IMG/VR virus record: IMGVR_UViG_3300032257_000002
Span: 1 to 64,000 of that record
Strand: one strand, 5' to 3'
Length of the DNA: 64,000 nucleotides
DNA from: a virus
Lineage: Duplodnaviria > Heunggongvirae > Uroviricota > Caudoviricetes
In this document: piece by piece, positions 38,980-48,975 of the stretch
How the letters are laid out: each line of letters opens with the position of its first letter
How positions within the stretch are numbered: position 1 is the stretch's first letter
Made by a program: the position numbers and the translations under genes
The notes under the pieces: generated by a model
Databases searched by the model: none
Told to the model about the DNA's origin: nothing
Seen by the model: only the letters and a program-made list of their open reading frames with translations

Positions 38980-40944
38980 ATGAAAATTAACAAAAATGAA
39001 TTGCTATCGTCACTAAAGCAGGACTTCCGTGCTTCGGAAACCTCGCAAAAAGAGTGGCTACAGAAACGCGAGAACTGGGTAGCAGAGACCTACGGTAAGC
39101 CGTATGGTAACGAGGTCAAAGGTCGTTCTGCAATCGTGTCAAAAGATATCAAAAAGCAGCTAGAGTGGCAACTCCCTAGTTTGGCTGACCCATTCCTAAG
39201 TTCACCGGATGTCATCAAGTGTAGTCCTGTGACATTCGAAGACGTGGAAGCTGCTAGACAAAATGAGCTACTACTAAATACGCAGTTCGTAAGAAAGTTC
39301 CCTAGATATAATTTCATCATGAAAGCTCTACGAGTACTGGCGACAGAAGGTTCATGTATCATCCAAACAGGATGGGACTATGAAGATGAAGAAGTAGAGT
39401 CTGAAGTAGAAGTAATCAAAGTTGATAAGAACGGTGTAGAGTATGTCGATGTAGAGATGGCTACCGTAACTAAGGTCATCAAGAATCAACCTACTGCAAT
39501 AGTCTGTAGAAATGAAGATATTTTCATCGATCCTACATGTATGGACGATCTAGATAAGTGTCAGTTCGTCATTCATAGATATGAAACAGATATGAGTACG
39601 CTGAAGGCGGATGGCAGATATAAGAATCTAGATAAAGTCAAGAATGCCGGAAATAACGGGCGTGATGCTGACTATATTCCAGAAGACCTAACTAACTTCA
39701 GGTTTAAAGATGATGCACGTAAGAAACTGATGGTACATGAGTACTGGGGTAACTACGATGTAGATGGTGATGGTATAGTCGAGTCGATTGTATGTACATG
39801 GGTAAATGACACTATAATCAGACTAGAGACTAACCCATATCCAGATGGTAAACCTCCATTCGTAGTAGTGCCGTTCAATGCTGTACCGTTTCAACTATTC
39901 GGTGAAGCACTAGCTGAGAACATCGGAGATAATCAGAAGGTTAAAACTGCTATTACTCGTGGCTTGATAGACAATATGGCTAGAAGTAATAATGGTCAAG
40001 TCGGTATGCGTAAAGGCTCGATCGATGCTACTAATAAGAAGCGTTTCCTAAATGGTGATAACTTCGAGTACAACGGTACGCCGAATGACTTCTGGCAAGG
40101 TAGCTATAACCAGATCCCTAGTAGTGCATTCGATATGCTACAACTGATGAATAACGAGATCGAAAGCCAGACAGGTGTAAAGAGTTTCAGCGGTGGAATC
40201 ACAGGTGGATCACTAGGTTCAACAGCTACAGGAGCGAGAGGTGCACTAGATGCTACAGCTACAAGACGACTGAATCTAGTTCGTAATGTGGCTGAGAATA
40301 TGATAAAGCCTATCATGCGAAAATGGATGGCATATAACGCTGAGTTCTTAGAAGAAGAAGAGATTGTCAGAATCACTAACGAAGAGTATGTGCCGATCAG
40401 AAAAGATGATCTGCAAGGTAAAGTAGATATTGACATCAGTATCAGTACAGCTGAAGATAACGCTGCGAAAGCACAAGAGCTAAGTTTCTTGATGCAGACA
40501 CTAGGTAATACAATGCCGTTCGAAATGACTCAGATGGTAATGGCTGAATTCGCTAAACTAAGTAGAATGCCGGATCTAGAGAAGCGTATCAAAGAACACC
40601 AACCTCAACCAGATCCTGCTGCGGAACAAGCTAAGCAGCTAGAACTGATGAAGCTACAGAAAGAGATAGAAGAGATGGATGCGAATATCGCTGATAAGTA
40701 TGCAAGAGCCGGTGAGAATGAAATAGATGCTGAACTCAAGCGTAACAAAGCACAAGTAGAAGCTGCGAAGGCTAGAAAGCTTCATAGTGATGCGGATAAA
40801 GTAGACCTGGACTTCCTGAAATCTGATGAAGACTATGAACGTCAGATGGATAGAGAAGAGAAAGATATGGAACGAAGACATCAGTTAGAGTTGATGCTAC
40901 TTCAGGCGAAAGCAGGCGATAAAAATATTGGAACAGGAGTGTAA
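38980..40944 (+). CDS. portal protein (654 aa)
   Basis: Size, position between lysis genes and scaffold/MCP as in N4 order, and a charged coiled-coil C-terminus. No motif-level proof. Confidence 0.6.
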   Translation: MKINKNELLSSLKQDFRASETSQKEWLQKRENWVAETYGKPYGNEVKGRSAIVSKDIKKQLEWQLPSLADPFLSSPDVIKCSPVTFEDVEAARQNELLLNTQFVRKFPRYNFIMKALRVLATEGSCIIQTGWDYEDEEVESEVEVIKVDKNGVEYVDVEMATVTKVIKNQPTAIVCRNEDIFIDPTCMDDLDKCQFVIHRYETDMSTLKADGRYKNLDKVKNAGNNGRDADYIPEDLTNFRFKDDARKKLMVHEYWGNYDVDGDGIVESIVCTWVNDTIIRLETNPYPDGKPPFVVVPFNAVPFQLFGEALAENIGDNQKVKTAITRGLIDNMARSNNGQVGMRKGSIDATNKKRFLNGDNFEYNGTPNDFWQGSYNQIPSSAFDMLQLMNNEIESQTGVKSFSGGITGGSLGSTATGARGALDATATRRLNLVRNVAENMIKPIMRKWMAYNAEFLEEEEIVRITNEEYVPIRKDDLQGKVDIDISISTAEDNAAKAQELSFLMQTLGNTMPFEMTQMVMAEFAKLSRMPDLEKRIKEHQPQPDPAAEQAKQLELMKLQKEIEEMDANIADKYARAGENEIDAELKRNKAQVEAAKARKLHSDADKVDLDFLKSDEDYERQMDREEKDMERRHQLELMLLQAKAGDKNIGTGV

Positions 40945-41308
40945 CATGGGATTTCTAGAGGACAAACAACGACAGACAGTGCAGAGTGAGAAAGCTGCTG
41001 CATATGATCAGCTAGTCGCTGAACAGGCTAAAAAACAGCTGGCAGAGAGTGCGTATACTGAAGGAGCTAAAGAAGGTCTGGCAGCAGGGGCGTATCAAGT
41101 ACTAGCTAGTGCACAACCTACTCCTAATATAGGTAATCCCGCAAATGCTAATGTGTCTAATGACGAAGTCAATACATGGTATCAACGCACAGGACAAATG
41201 CCTACTATGAAAGACATTGAGTTTATGAGACAGATGGATACACTGCCGAGTAAAAACGCAGATCAAAATATTACCGCTGGACTAGCTGGACAGGTAGGTG
41301 TAGCGTAA
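40928..41308 (+). CDS. hypothetical Ala/Gln-rich protein (126 aa)
   Basis: ORF track. Confidence 0.5.
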   Translation: MEQECNMGFLEDKQRQTVQSEKAAAYDQLVAEQAKKQLAESAYTEGAKEGLAAGAYQVLASAQPTPNIGNPANANVSNDEVNTWYQRTGQMPTMKDIEFMRQMDTLPSKNADQNITAGLAGQVGVA

Positions 41309-41541
41309 TGGAACCAGATGCAATGGCAGGACTGGCTCAAGGTGCAAACCAAGGAGCTCCAAGTAACAACCTAGATCAGATCGTAGCGATGCTAGTTCAA
41401 GGGGCAACTCCTGAGGAACTAATACAAATGGGTGTACCACAAGAGCTAGTGATGGCTGCTATAGATGCACTGACGCAACAAACACAGACTATGGCTCCTC
41501 AACAAGAAGGTCTAGCCGGTATGCAACTACCGAGAGGGTAA
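41308..41541 (+). CDS. hypothetical Ala/Gln-rich protein (77 aa)
   Basis: ORF track; TAATG overlap. Confidence 0.45.
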   Translation: MEPDAMAGLAQGANQGAPSNNLDQIVAMLVQGATPEELIQMGVPQELVMAAIDALTQQTQTMAPQQEGLAGMQLPRG

Positions 41542-41880
41542 ATGATGGATGGACTAGCAGTACAGAACTTCGATACAAAGACAACTAAGCCACAAGATCA
41601 GCAAGCTATGATGCATAACTGGTTAATGGAAAACAAGCCAGAGTACCGTAACAAAGTGCAGATGGATAAAAGATTGCTAGAAGAAGATAAACCACTAGTT
41701 GATACGTCTTTAGCAGCCATCCCACTAGGACTAGCAGCAACTACACTAGGTAAATCAGGACTGTTGTCGTCACTAGGCAATGCCAGCAAAATTGCATATC
41801 ATGCTGACACAGAAGCACCTACCATACCTAGAGGTGAACAATCGATGACTAAATACATCAAGCAATGGATTGGTAAATGA
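41542..41880 (+). CDS. hypothetical protein (112 aa)
   Basis: ORF track. Confidence 0.5.
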   Translation: MMDGLAVQNFDTKTTKPQDQQAMMHNWLMENKPEYRNKVQMDKRLLEEDKPLVDTSLAAIPLGLAATTLGKSGLLSSLGNASKIAYHADTEAPTIPRGEQSMTKYIKQWIGK

Positions 41881-42053
41881 AAGCCGAACTAAACCTCACT
41901 AATGTGCTAACTGCAGTAGTAACTGCGCTGTGTATATGGATAGGTTCAACCTTGTACAATCTAGATAAGAAAGTAGCGTTGATGGAGTATCAGATGATTC
42001 AAAGTAATGCTGTACTGCAAGCTCTGAGTGAAGAGAAGAAGGATAAGTAATGG
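41880..42053 (+). CDS. small membrane protein (57 aa)
   Basis: Manual translation MKAELNLTNVLTAVVTALCIWIGSTLYNLDKK...; ATGA overlap. Confidence 0.3.
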
Positions 42054-42183
42054 AAACGTACACAGGTGGACTAGCAGAACAGAGTGTGACTCACTACTAC
42101 GCTGGAGCCAATAAAATTTCCAGTAAAGCAAAACCTAAGAAAAAATCCAGTACAATGTGTAAAGCAAAACAAAAGGGTAAGTA

Positions 42184-42543
42184 ATGGAAGATAAAATCGG
42201 GAAGTTGATAGGTGTCTTGTTCATGTCAAGAACCTACGCACACATGGCACACTTGAAGACAGGAAGCTACGCAAAACATGTAGCACTAGGTGAATTCTAT
42301 GACGGTATTGTAGGGTTAGCGGATACACTGGCTGAAGCTAGTCAAGGTAAGTGGGGTAAACTAGATATCCCTTACGTGGAACTGAAAGGTGATATTGATG
42401 ACCCTATTAATGCACTTGATACCCATCTAACAATGATTGATAATATGCAGAAACGTTGCGACGTTCCGTTTATCGATAACATTATTCAAGAAGTACAGTC
42501 GCTGTACAGTTCGACACTCTATAAACTCCGCGAACTTAACTAG
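42184..42543 (+). CDS. hypothetical protein (119 aa)
   Basis: ORF track. Confidence 0.5.
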   Translation: MEDKIGKLIGVLFMSRTYAHMAHLKTGSYAKHVALGEFYDGIVGLADTLAEASQGKWGKLDIPYVELKGDIDDPINALDTHLTMIDNMQKRCDVPFIDNIIQEVQSLYSSTLYKLRELN

Positions 42544-42580
42544 CGGTTTTATACAAGAAAATACTAGACTAAGGATAACA

Positions 42581-42838
42581 ATGGTAACTACAAGTATTAA
42601 ACCTGGTGCTACATGGACACAGGTTACTGACGGTACACAGGACTACGCAATATCAGTTCTTGATACTGCAGGAGACAACGGAGTACGCGTAACACTTACT
42701 GACACAGTAACTGCTCCTGCTGAGGATGCACCTTTTTTCGTGTTAAAGAACGGAGAAGGTATTTCTCAACTAACACATGCTGGTTTTGTGTGGGTTAAAC
42801 TATTCGCAGGAAGCCCTGTCTTAATTGTTAATAAGTAA
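42581..42838 (+). CDS. hypothetical protein (85 aa; start at ATG with AAGGAT RBS)
   Basis: Track ORF shortened to the Met with an SD. Confidence 0.45.
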   Translation: MVTTSIKPGATWTQVTDGTQDYAISVLDTAGDNGVRVTLTDTVTAPAEDAPFFVLKNGEGISQLTHAGFVWVKLFAGSPVLIVNK

Positions 42839-42995
42839 CTCTAGGAGTATGTATGCAACTATTTAGCCCACATAATTTATTTAATCCAAAGTTGTTTAAA
42901 GCTGCTTCTGGAAAAGTAATTCAGGTGACTTCATACCCAACTTCAGTAACCTTATTCCAGGGTCAAACAGCAACAATAAATAAAGACGTTATATT

Positions 42996-45938
42996 ATGAG
43001 TACTTTTTCTCTAGTTAATGATTACGGATGGTTAAGTATTAATGTTAATACGGGCGAAGTAACAGCTACTTCTACTGACCTTATATCAGGAAGATTTCCG
43101 GTTACAATTGTTGAGGATGATGCAGGTGTTATTACAAATCATAATACTGAAATTGCAGTTTATGGTCCATCTGGTTCAATAACGCTTCAAAACAACCAAA
43201 CTCCACTTATTAGAAATGATGATGGGGTACAACTAGCAAGTTCTAGCACATTTTTTGCAAATCAAATAACTAAATCATCGACATCTACTGAGTGGAAAGT
43301 GATTTATTTTTATAGGGAAAAGTACGGTTCTGTACCTATGGACGTTATTGTAATAGATGATGAACTTGGTACAGTATCCCAACAAGTGCAAAGTAATACT
43401 TCTTATAACTATAGTTATAACGGGGCAGTAGGTGTACGATCAGATCAATGGAAGATGTATTTTATAGGTGTGCATACGACCTTACACAATACACTTTCTA
43501 CTTATGACCCTGCGACTGATACGTTTGTTTGGGATGCAGTTCCGGGTATGACCATGATGCAGGGACAAAGTGCAATTGAAATTGCGCCAATAAGCAGAGA
43601 TATTATCTTCTATGCAACCAGTGGTGGGTATGGACAATTATGTTCAATCAATACAACTACAAATGCTTTCACATTCTTAACTGCTGTTGGTAATGTAGCT
43701 AGAGATGTTCCAAGAGCTACATCATTAGGTTTAGGCCAAGATTATATTTACACAAGTTTAGGTAGAACTCCTAATGTGGAATTATATCAAACAACGTATG
43801 ATGGCTTAACTTCAACACTTATTGCGTCTACTACAGACAATCTAGGTGATATAAAGCTAACACAGCTTACTGGTGGAGCTGTCGCAGAGTTCACAGGTGT
43901 TGTAGGTTATGCTGATGGTGATTATTGGTTACATCAAAATACTATAGTAGCTGTTACAAACATTGATGTTCCACCTTGGACGAACCCCACTCCGTACAAT
44001 ATTTATGGCTCAGAGTTACCAGAGGCAGCTGGTACACCGTATTCATTTAACTACGCACAAAGGGTAGCGCCTGATGGGACAGGGCAAATAACAGTCAATA
44101 CAGATGGCATTGCCACTAACTACCCAATTACAGTAACTACTTACCCGTTTGAGATAAATAATATTATTCAATCAGCACCAGATAAGGTTTTGGCTGGTGG
44201 GGTGTACTATTCCGGGCTTACTGAATATAACGTAGATACAAATACACAATTTGGGTTCTTTGATGCCACAACATCAAGAACAGAGATGGTGAGTATGCCT
44301 AATGGTGACGTTGTGTTTGGTGGTTATCCGTCACAGTATACGCATATAAAACCGTTTGGGGTAGCATCTTCTACTGTTCTTGGGTATTTAGGTGGTGATA
44401 CAGGACCAACAAGAGGTCACTACCATCAAGGATTATGTATCGGTATAGATGGCCTTGTGTACAGTTCCGGTGTTCAATACCGTGTAGGTGACAGTGGTAC
44501 TATAGGGTGGTTTAATCCTTATGACTTTGAGAATACGAAGGATGGTTTCAGTGGTGAAACAGATATTAGACTTCTTGAGTATGGCTTAAATAATTGTGTA
44601 GCAGTTGGTGATAAAATCATTGTTTCCTCTTACATTGTAAGTGGGTCACTAGAAACCGCTGCTTTAGTATTTGTTTTTGATACAGTTACTAAGACCTTCA
44701 CAGCTACGCACTCATTAGGTACAGACCTAAAATCTACTGGTTGGATAGTAAAAGTAAGCGACACTGATATATTCGGAGTTACAGCATTACAGGATGTGGA
44801 GAAAACCTGTGTTGTATATAGAATGAATATTGTTACTGGTGCTATCTTGTATAAAATTCAATACGGAGGTGTAAGATACCAACAATCAGAGGATACCTTC
44901 CAAGCCCATGCAAAACCTGTAAAACTAGGTGCTGATGGGAAAGTATATTTTACTTCATATGGTATTGCTCCAAACTTCTCTTTGGTTAGAGTAGACCCAT
45001 CTATCGGTGGTGTTGAATTGCTAGGAAACATTACAGGTCAGGACATAATTGAACTAATGGACAATGGAGATATTTATTTTGGTGCTACGTCAGGTAATAT
45101 GTATAACATGAGTATCGCTAATCTACCAGATGTTATGCCGCCTATTCGTGTTGCCCCGTCTACAGTACATGAATTTCCATATACAGACTTCTTAGCAGGC
45201 TCAGGTGTTGGAGTTTTTGTTGGTGGGTGGTCTTGGGACAGCGTAGGCGGTAGAGTTATTAGAACGGCACAAGCAGGAACAGCGATTGCAGATTTTTCAT
45301 TCATGCCTAATATTATTATGGGCCAAAAATATAGAGTTACTATGACAATAGACTCAATCACTGGAGGGGATGGACTACTAAGCCCAACCATATTAGGTAA
45401 CGATAGATATAATATAGGGGCTGGTGTATATACGCAGGATATTATAGCATCAACAAATTATATTCGTGTAACTGCTGGGGACAATGAAGGGGTAGCAATA
45501 AGTGCCCTGACCGTAAACGCATTACTGAATGATATTAATGTCCAATATGGATATTTCCCTAACCAAGAATTTATTGATGTATCAGAATGGAACTTAGAGG
45601 GCGATGGGTCTTATACAGTAGCTAATAATGTTGCAACCGTAACTGCTGGTTCTAACTACTATGGAATAACAAACGTATCTAGGGCGGAAGTAGGAGCTAC
45701 TTACCGCATAACTGCAAACATACGCGTGGGCACGTCTACTGATGGTCTTATCAGAGTATATAATAACTATAATGCAGACGCTGGAACAGTCAATAGTAAC
45801 TCAGTAACAGATAAGGTTTCTTTTCAACCAGTTACAGTAGACATAGTTGCGACTACCGACTTTATATCTATATATCTAAGATGTTCAGGCCCAGGATTGA
45901 CAAACGAGTTTAAAGACTTAGTTGTTACCAAGTTGTAA
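42996..45938 (+). CDS. large virion structural protein (980 aa), likely tail/receptor-binding component
   Basis: Gly/Thr/Asn-rich beta-type composition; size. Confidence 0.5.
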   Translation: MSTFSLVNDYGWLSINVNTGEVTATSTDLISGRFPVTIVEDDAGVITNHNTEIAVYGPSGSITLQNNQTPLIRNDDGVQLASSSTFFANQITKSSTSTEWKVIYFYREKYGSVPMDVIVIDDELGTVSQQVQSNTSYNYSYNGAVGVRSDQWKMYFIGVHTTLHNTLSTYDPATDTFVWDAVPGMTMMQGQSAIEIAPISRDIIFYATSGGYGQLCSINTTTNAFTFLTAVGNVARDVPRATSLGLGQDYIYTSLGRTPNVELYQTTYDGLTSTLIASTTDNLGDIKLTQLTGGAVAEFTGVVGYADGDYWLHQNTIVAVTNIDVPPWTNPTPYNIYGSELPEAAGTPYSFNYAQRVAPDGTGQITVNTDGIATNYPITVTTYPFEINNIIQSAPDKVLAGGVYYSGLTEYNVDTNTQFGFFDATTSRTEMVSMPNGDVVFGGYPSQYTHIKPFGVASSTVLGYLGGDTGPTRGHYHQGLCIGIDGLVYSSGVQYRVGDSGTIGWFNPYDFENTKDGFSGETDIRLLEYGLNNCVAVGDKIIVSSYIVSGSLETAALVFVFDTVTKTFTATHSLGTDLKSTGWIVKVSDTDIFGVTALQDVEKTCVVYRMNIVTGAILYKIQYGGVRYQQSEDTFQAHAKPVKLGADGKVYFTSYGIAPNFSLVRVDPSIGGVELLGNITGQDIIELMDNGDIYFGATSGNMYNMSIANLPDVMPPIRVAPSTVHEFPYTDFLAGSGVGVFVGGWSWDSVGGRVIRTAQAGTAIADFSFMPNIIMGQKYRVTMTIDSITGGDGLLSPTILGNDRYNIGAGVYTQDIIASTNYIRVTAGDNEGVAISALTVNALLNDINVQYGYFPNQEFIDVSEWNLEGDGSYTVANNVATVTAGSNYYGITNVSRAEVGATYRITANIRVGTSTDGLIRVYNNYNADAGTVNSNSVTDKVSFQPVTVDIVATTDFISIYLRCSGPGLTNEFKDLVVTKL

Positions 45939-46134
45939 AATTATCACTAAAGGAATAAAATGGCCCCTAGCACTGCTGGGTGTCTACAGTTTAAAAACAC
46001 AGCACTAATACTAGATTGTGTAACACTTATATAACATACTTTAAGTTGTCTTTAAACTTAAGTTAGTTAAAATATGACTAAGTTATCATTGTTAATGTAA
46101 CTACTAAAATCAAAAATCGAAAGGAATCATATAT

Positions 46135-46464
46135 ATGATTAACCAAATTCCGAATGACCTAGTAGCAGGAAAATCCGAAGAAGAGCTCTTAAGAGTTGAG
46201 AACCAATATTGGGCAGACCTAGCCACAGATTTGCTGGCGCTAGAAGACAACCCACACTTTAAGAGGCTTATCCTAGAAGGATATTTTAAAGACAAAGCGA
46301 TTAATGGTGTCAGCATGCTGGCTACAGATCACGTAAAACGAGGAGGACTTCGTGGTGATATTATGGAACAGCTTGTAGCTATTTCGCATCTAGAGGACTA
46401 CTTCATTATGGTGAAGAGTATAGGACTTGCTCCAGAGGAAGAGTTTGACGACTCAGAGGAGTAA
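46135..46464 (+). CDS. hypothetical protein (109 aa)
   Basis: ORF track. Confidence 0.5.
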   Translation: MINQIPNDLVAGKSEEELLRVENQYWADLATDLLALEDNPHFKRLILEGYFKDKAINGVSMLATDHVKRGGLRGDIMEQLVAISHLEDYFIMVKSIGLAPEEEFDDSEE

Positions 46465-46467
46465 CAG

Positions 46468-47676
46468 ATGGCAATGACAGAAGAAGAGCTGTACGACATG
46501 AGTGATGATGAGCTAGAGGCTGCTTTTAAAGCAGCTAAAGCCCAAGAAGCTCCAGAAGAAACAGATGAACGTAACGAGTATGACGAAGATCTCGGTTACG
46601 ATGAAGACAAAGAAGTGGCATTACTAGATGAGCCTGAAGAGCTTGATGGTGATGATGATGAAGAAGAGGAACTACTTGACTTGGAACAACCCGACGAGGA
46701 ATCCGATGATAATAGTTTAGAAGATGACGAGGAAGATGAATCGGAAGAGGACTCGGAAGATGAAGATGGTGAACTCGACGGAGAGCCGGAAGCAGATGAT
46801 GATAATCCTGATGAAGATGAAGATGAATCGAAAGATGATAAACAGCCAGTACAGGTTGAAAAGCGTAAGTATAAAGCTAATGGTAAAGACTTTGAGTTTT
46901 CTGACCAAGAGATCTTCGACAAGTTTGGGCAAGTGTTCGGACAAGCGATGAACTACACGCAGAAGATGCAACAGATTAAGCCGTGGCGACAGACCATTGA
47001 CGCTATCGAAGAGGCTAAGTTGTCGCATGACGATGTCAATCTAGCTATAGATGTACTGAAGGGTGATAAAGAAGCTATTGCAGCGCTTCTAAAGAGAACA
47101 GGCGTAGACGCCCTCGAATTAGACACTGACAATGCGGTTTATACGCCGAAAAATTATGGTCGGAATGATGCTGAGCTGGCCATAGAAGATATTGTTTCCG
47201 AAATCTCTAAAGATAAGGAATACGCGGTTACATATGATGTGTTGGAAAAGCAATGGGATTCAAAAAGTCGTGAGGCTTTTGTAGAAAGTCCAGAGATGAT
47301 CCGTCAATTGCACATCGATGTTAAAAGTGGTATGTTTGATACAATATCCCCAAGAGCTAGTAAGCTAAAAGTATATGATGGGGGATCTAAAAGTGATCTA
47401 GACTACTACATGGAAGCTGCAGGGCAGTACTTCTCTGAGCAAGCTCAGAACGAAGAACGACAGGCTGTAACTGAACAGCGTGATGTTGCACGAGAGAAGG
47501 TCGAGAAAGTTAAGACTGAGACACGTAAACGTCAAGCTACTAAGTCAGCTTCGCAAAAACGGAAGGCAGCTGCACCGACAAAGAAAAGTGCAGGGCCTAA
47601 AAAGACTGTAGACTACTTGGACACTTCCGATGAAGATTTCGAAGAGTGGTATACTAAAATCGGGGACTCAGTTTAA
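46468..47676 (+). CDS. putative scaffolding-type protein with poly-acidic low-complexity N-terminal region
   Basis: About 110 residues of D/E-rich sequence, then a helical region; directly upstream of the major capsid gene. Confidence 0.45.
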   Translation: MAMTEEELYDMSDDELEAAFKAAKAQEAPEETDERNEYDEDLGYDEDKEVALLDEPEELDGDDDEEEELLDLEQPDEESDDNSLEDDEEDESEEDSEDEDGELDGEPEADDDNPDEDEDESKDDKQPVQVEKRKYKANGKDFEFSDQEIFDKFGQVFGQAMNYTQKMQQIKPWRQTIDAIEEAKLSHDDVNLAIDVLKGDKEAIAALLKRTGVDALELDTDNAVYTPKNYGRNDAELAIEDIVSEISKDKEYAVTYDVLEKQWDSKSREAFVESPEMIRQLHIDVKSGMFDTISPRASKLKVYDGGSKSDLDYYMEAAGQYFSEQAQNEERQAVTEQRDVAREKVEKVKTETRKRQATKSASQKRKAAAPTKKSAGPKKTVDYLDTSDEDFEEWYTKIGDSV

Positions 47677-47707
47677 GAGTCCTTCTAGCTAACAAAAAGG
47701 TAAATAA

Positions 47708-48913
47708 ATGGCAACAAATGTATATGGTAACGGTACAACAACATCCACAGCGGGTGCTAATACTATCGTTCATTACTATGATCGTGCTGGTGTAAATGCA
47801 GCAAACCGTGTTAACGTATATCAACAATTCTCGGATCGTAAATCGATGCCACAGAGATATGGTAAAACGTTCAAAATTTCTCGTTTCGAACACATGTATG
47901 ATCGTGCATTCGACGATGCAGACTTCGCGGCTAAAGGTTATATGACTGCACGTGATATCGCTGATATGAACACTGCTTTGTCAGCTGCTACACTCGCTGA
48001 AGGTGCTGCGGATGTTAATAAGCGTTCACTACAGAAAGTTACTTACTCAACAGAGTTTGCTCGTTACGGTGAGATGATTGATTATACTGATGAAGTTGAT
48101 ATCTGGTCTGAAGACTATATCCAGGTTCGTTATCGTGAAGAACTAGGTGAACTAGCTAACTCTCGTATGGAAGATCTTATTCAGCGCGATATGCTTGGTA
48201 CAACTACTGTAATGTATTCTGGTGCTGCTGGTGCAATCACTGAAATCGGTACAGGTGCTGCTGCTGATGGTTCAACAGATGCTGACCACGTCGTTTCTTA
48301 TGACTTGATTCGTAAAGCTGTTCGTAAGCTGACTCGTAACCGTGCTAAGAAGAATACTCAGATCGTTACAGGTTCTACAAAGATTGGTACAACTCCGGTT
48401 GCTAAAGCATTCTATGCTGTTATCGGTGCAGATGTAAAGTCAGATCTTGAAACTCTTACTCGTGGTTCTACTTACGAAACAGAATTCGTATACACACCTG
48501 TTCACAAATATGCTGCTGCTTCGACAATGGCTGAAGGTGAAGTTGGTCAAATGCACGAAGTTCGTTTCATTGAAGCTGAGTCTGCAGTAGTTTATCGTGA
48601 AGCAGGTGCTAATCCACCAGCATCTTACCTAGGTGACCTACAGGTTTCTGGTGTTATTGATGCAGCTTCTGTTACTCCTGCTGATCGTGGACAGTTTGAC
48701 GTATTTCCAATCCTTTTCCCAACTGAAGGTGCTTTTGCAACTGTCGGTCTTAAAGGTCTTGAGAAAATCAAGTTTAACTCTAAGTCTCCAGCTCAGGTTG
48801 AGTTGATTAACCCGTACGGAACTACAGGTTTCTTCTCTTACAACTTTTTCTACGCAGGTATCATCCTGAAAGAGGAAGCACTTTTAAAAGTATTAGTGGC
48901 AGCAAGAAATTAA
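47708..48913 (+). CDS. major capsid protein (401 aa)
   Basis: Position after the scaffold-like gene, size, and codon usage typical of highly expressed genes (cgt/ggt/gct bias). Confidence 0.65.
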   Translation: MATNVYGNGTTTSTAGANTIVHYYDRAGVNAANRVNVYQQFSDRKSMPQRYGKTFKISRFEHMYDRAFDDADFAAKGYMTARDIADMNTALSAATLAEGAADVNKRSLQKVTYSTEFARYGEMIDYTDEVDIWSEDYIQVRYREELGELANSRMEDLIQRDMLGTTTVMYSGAAGAITEIGTGAAADGSTDADHVVSYDLIRKAVRKLTRNRAKKNTQIVTGSTKIGTTPVAKAFYAVIGADVKSDLETLTRGSTYETEFVYTPVHKYAAASTMAEGEVGQMHEVRFIEAESAVVYREAGANPPASYLGDLQVSGVIDAASVTPADRGQFDVFPILFPTEGAFATVGLKGLEKIKFNSKSPAQVELINPYGTTGFFSYNFFYAGIILKEEALLKVLVAARN

Positions 48914-48953
48914 ACCCTGCGTATAATTTTCTTCTAAGCTAATCCATGCTATA

Positions 48954-48970
48954 CTCCTCTAAAAGAGGAG
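48954..48970 (+). promoter_or_regulatory. hairpin CTCCTCT-AAA-AGAGGAG sequestering the Shine-Dalgarno of the HNH homing endonuclease gene
   Basis: The GAGGAG of the RBS forms the 3' arm; ATG at 48976. Confidence 0.4.
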
Positions 48971-48975
48971 GTAGT

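Noticed and set aside
46596-47028. Ser-rich and Phe/Ile-rich minus-strand ORFs
   Set aside because: Complement of the poly-acidic GAx repeat region of the scaffold-like gene. This is a composition artefact.
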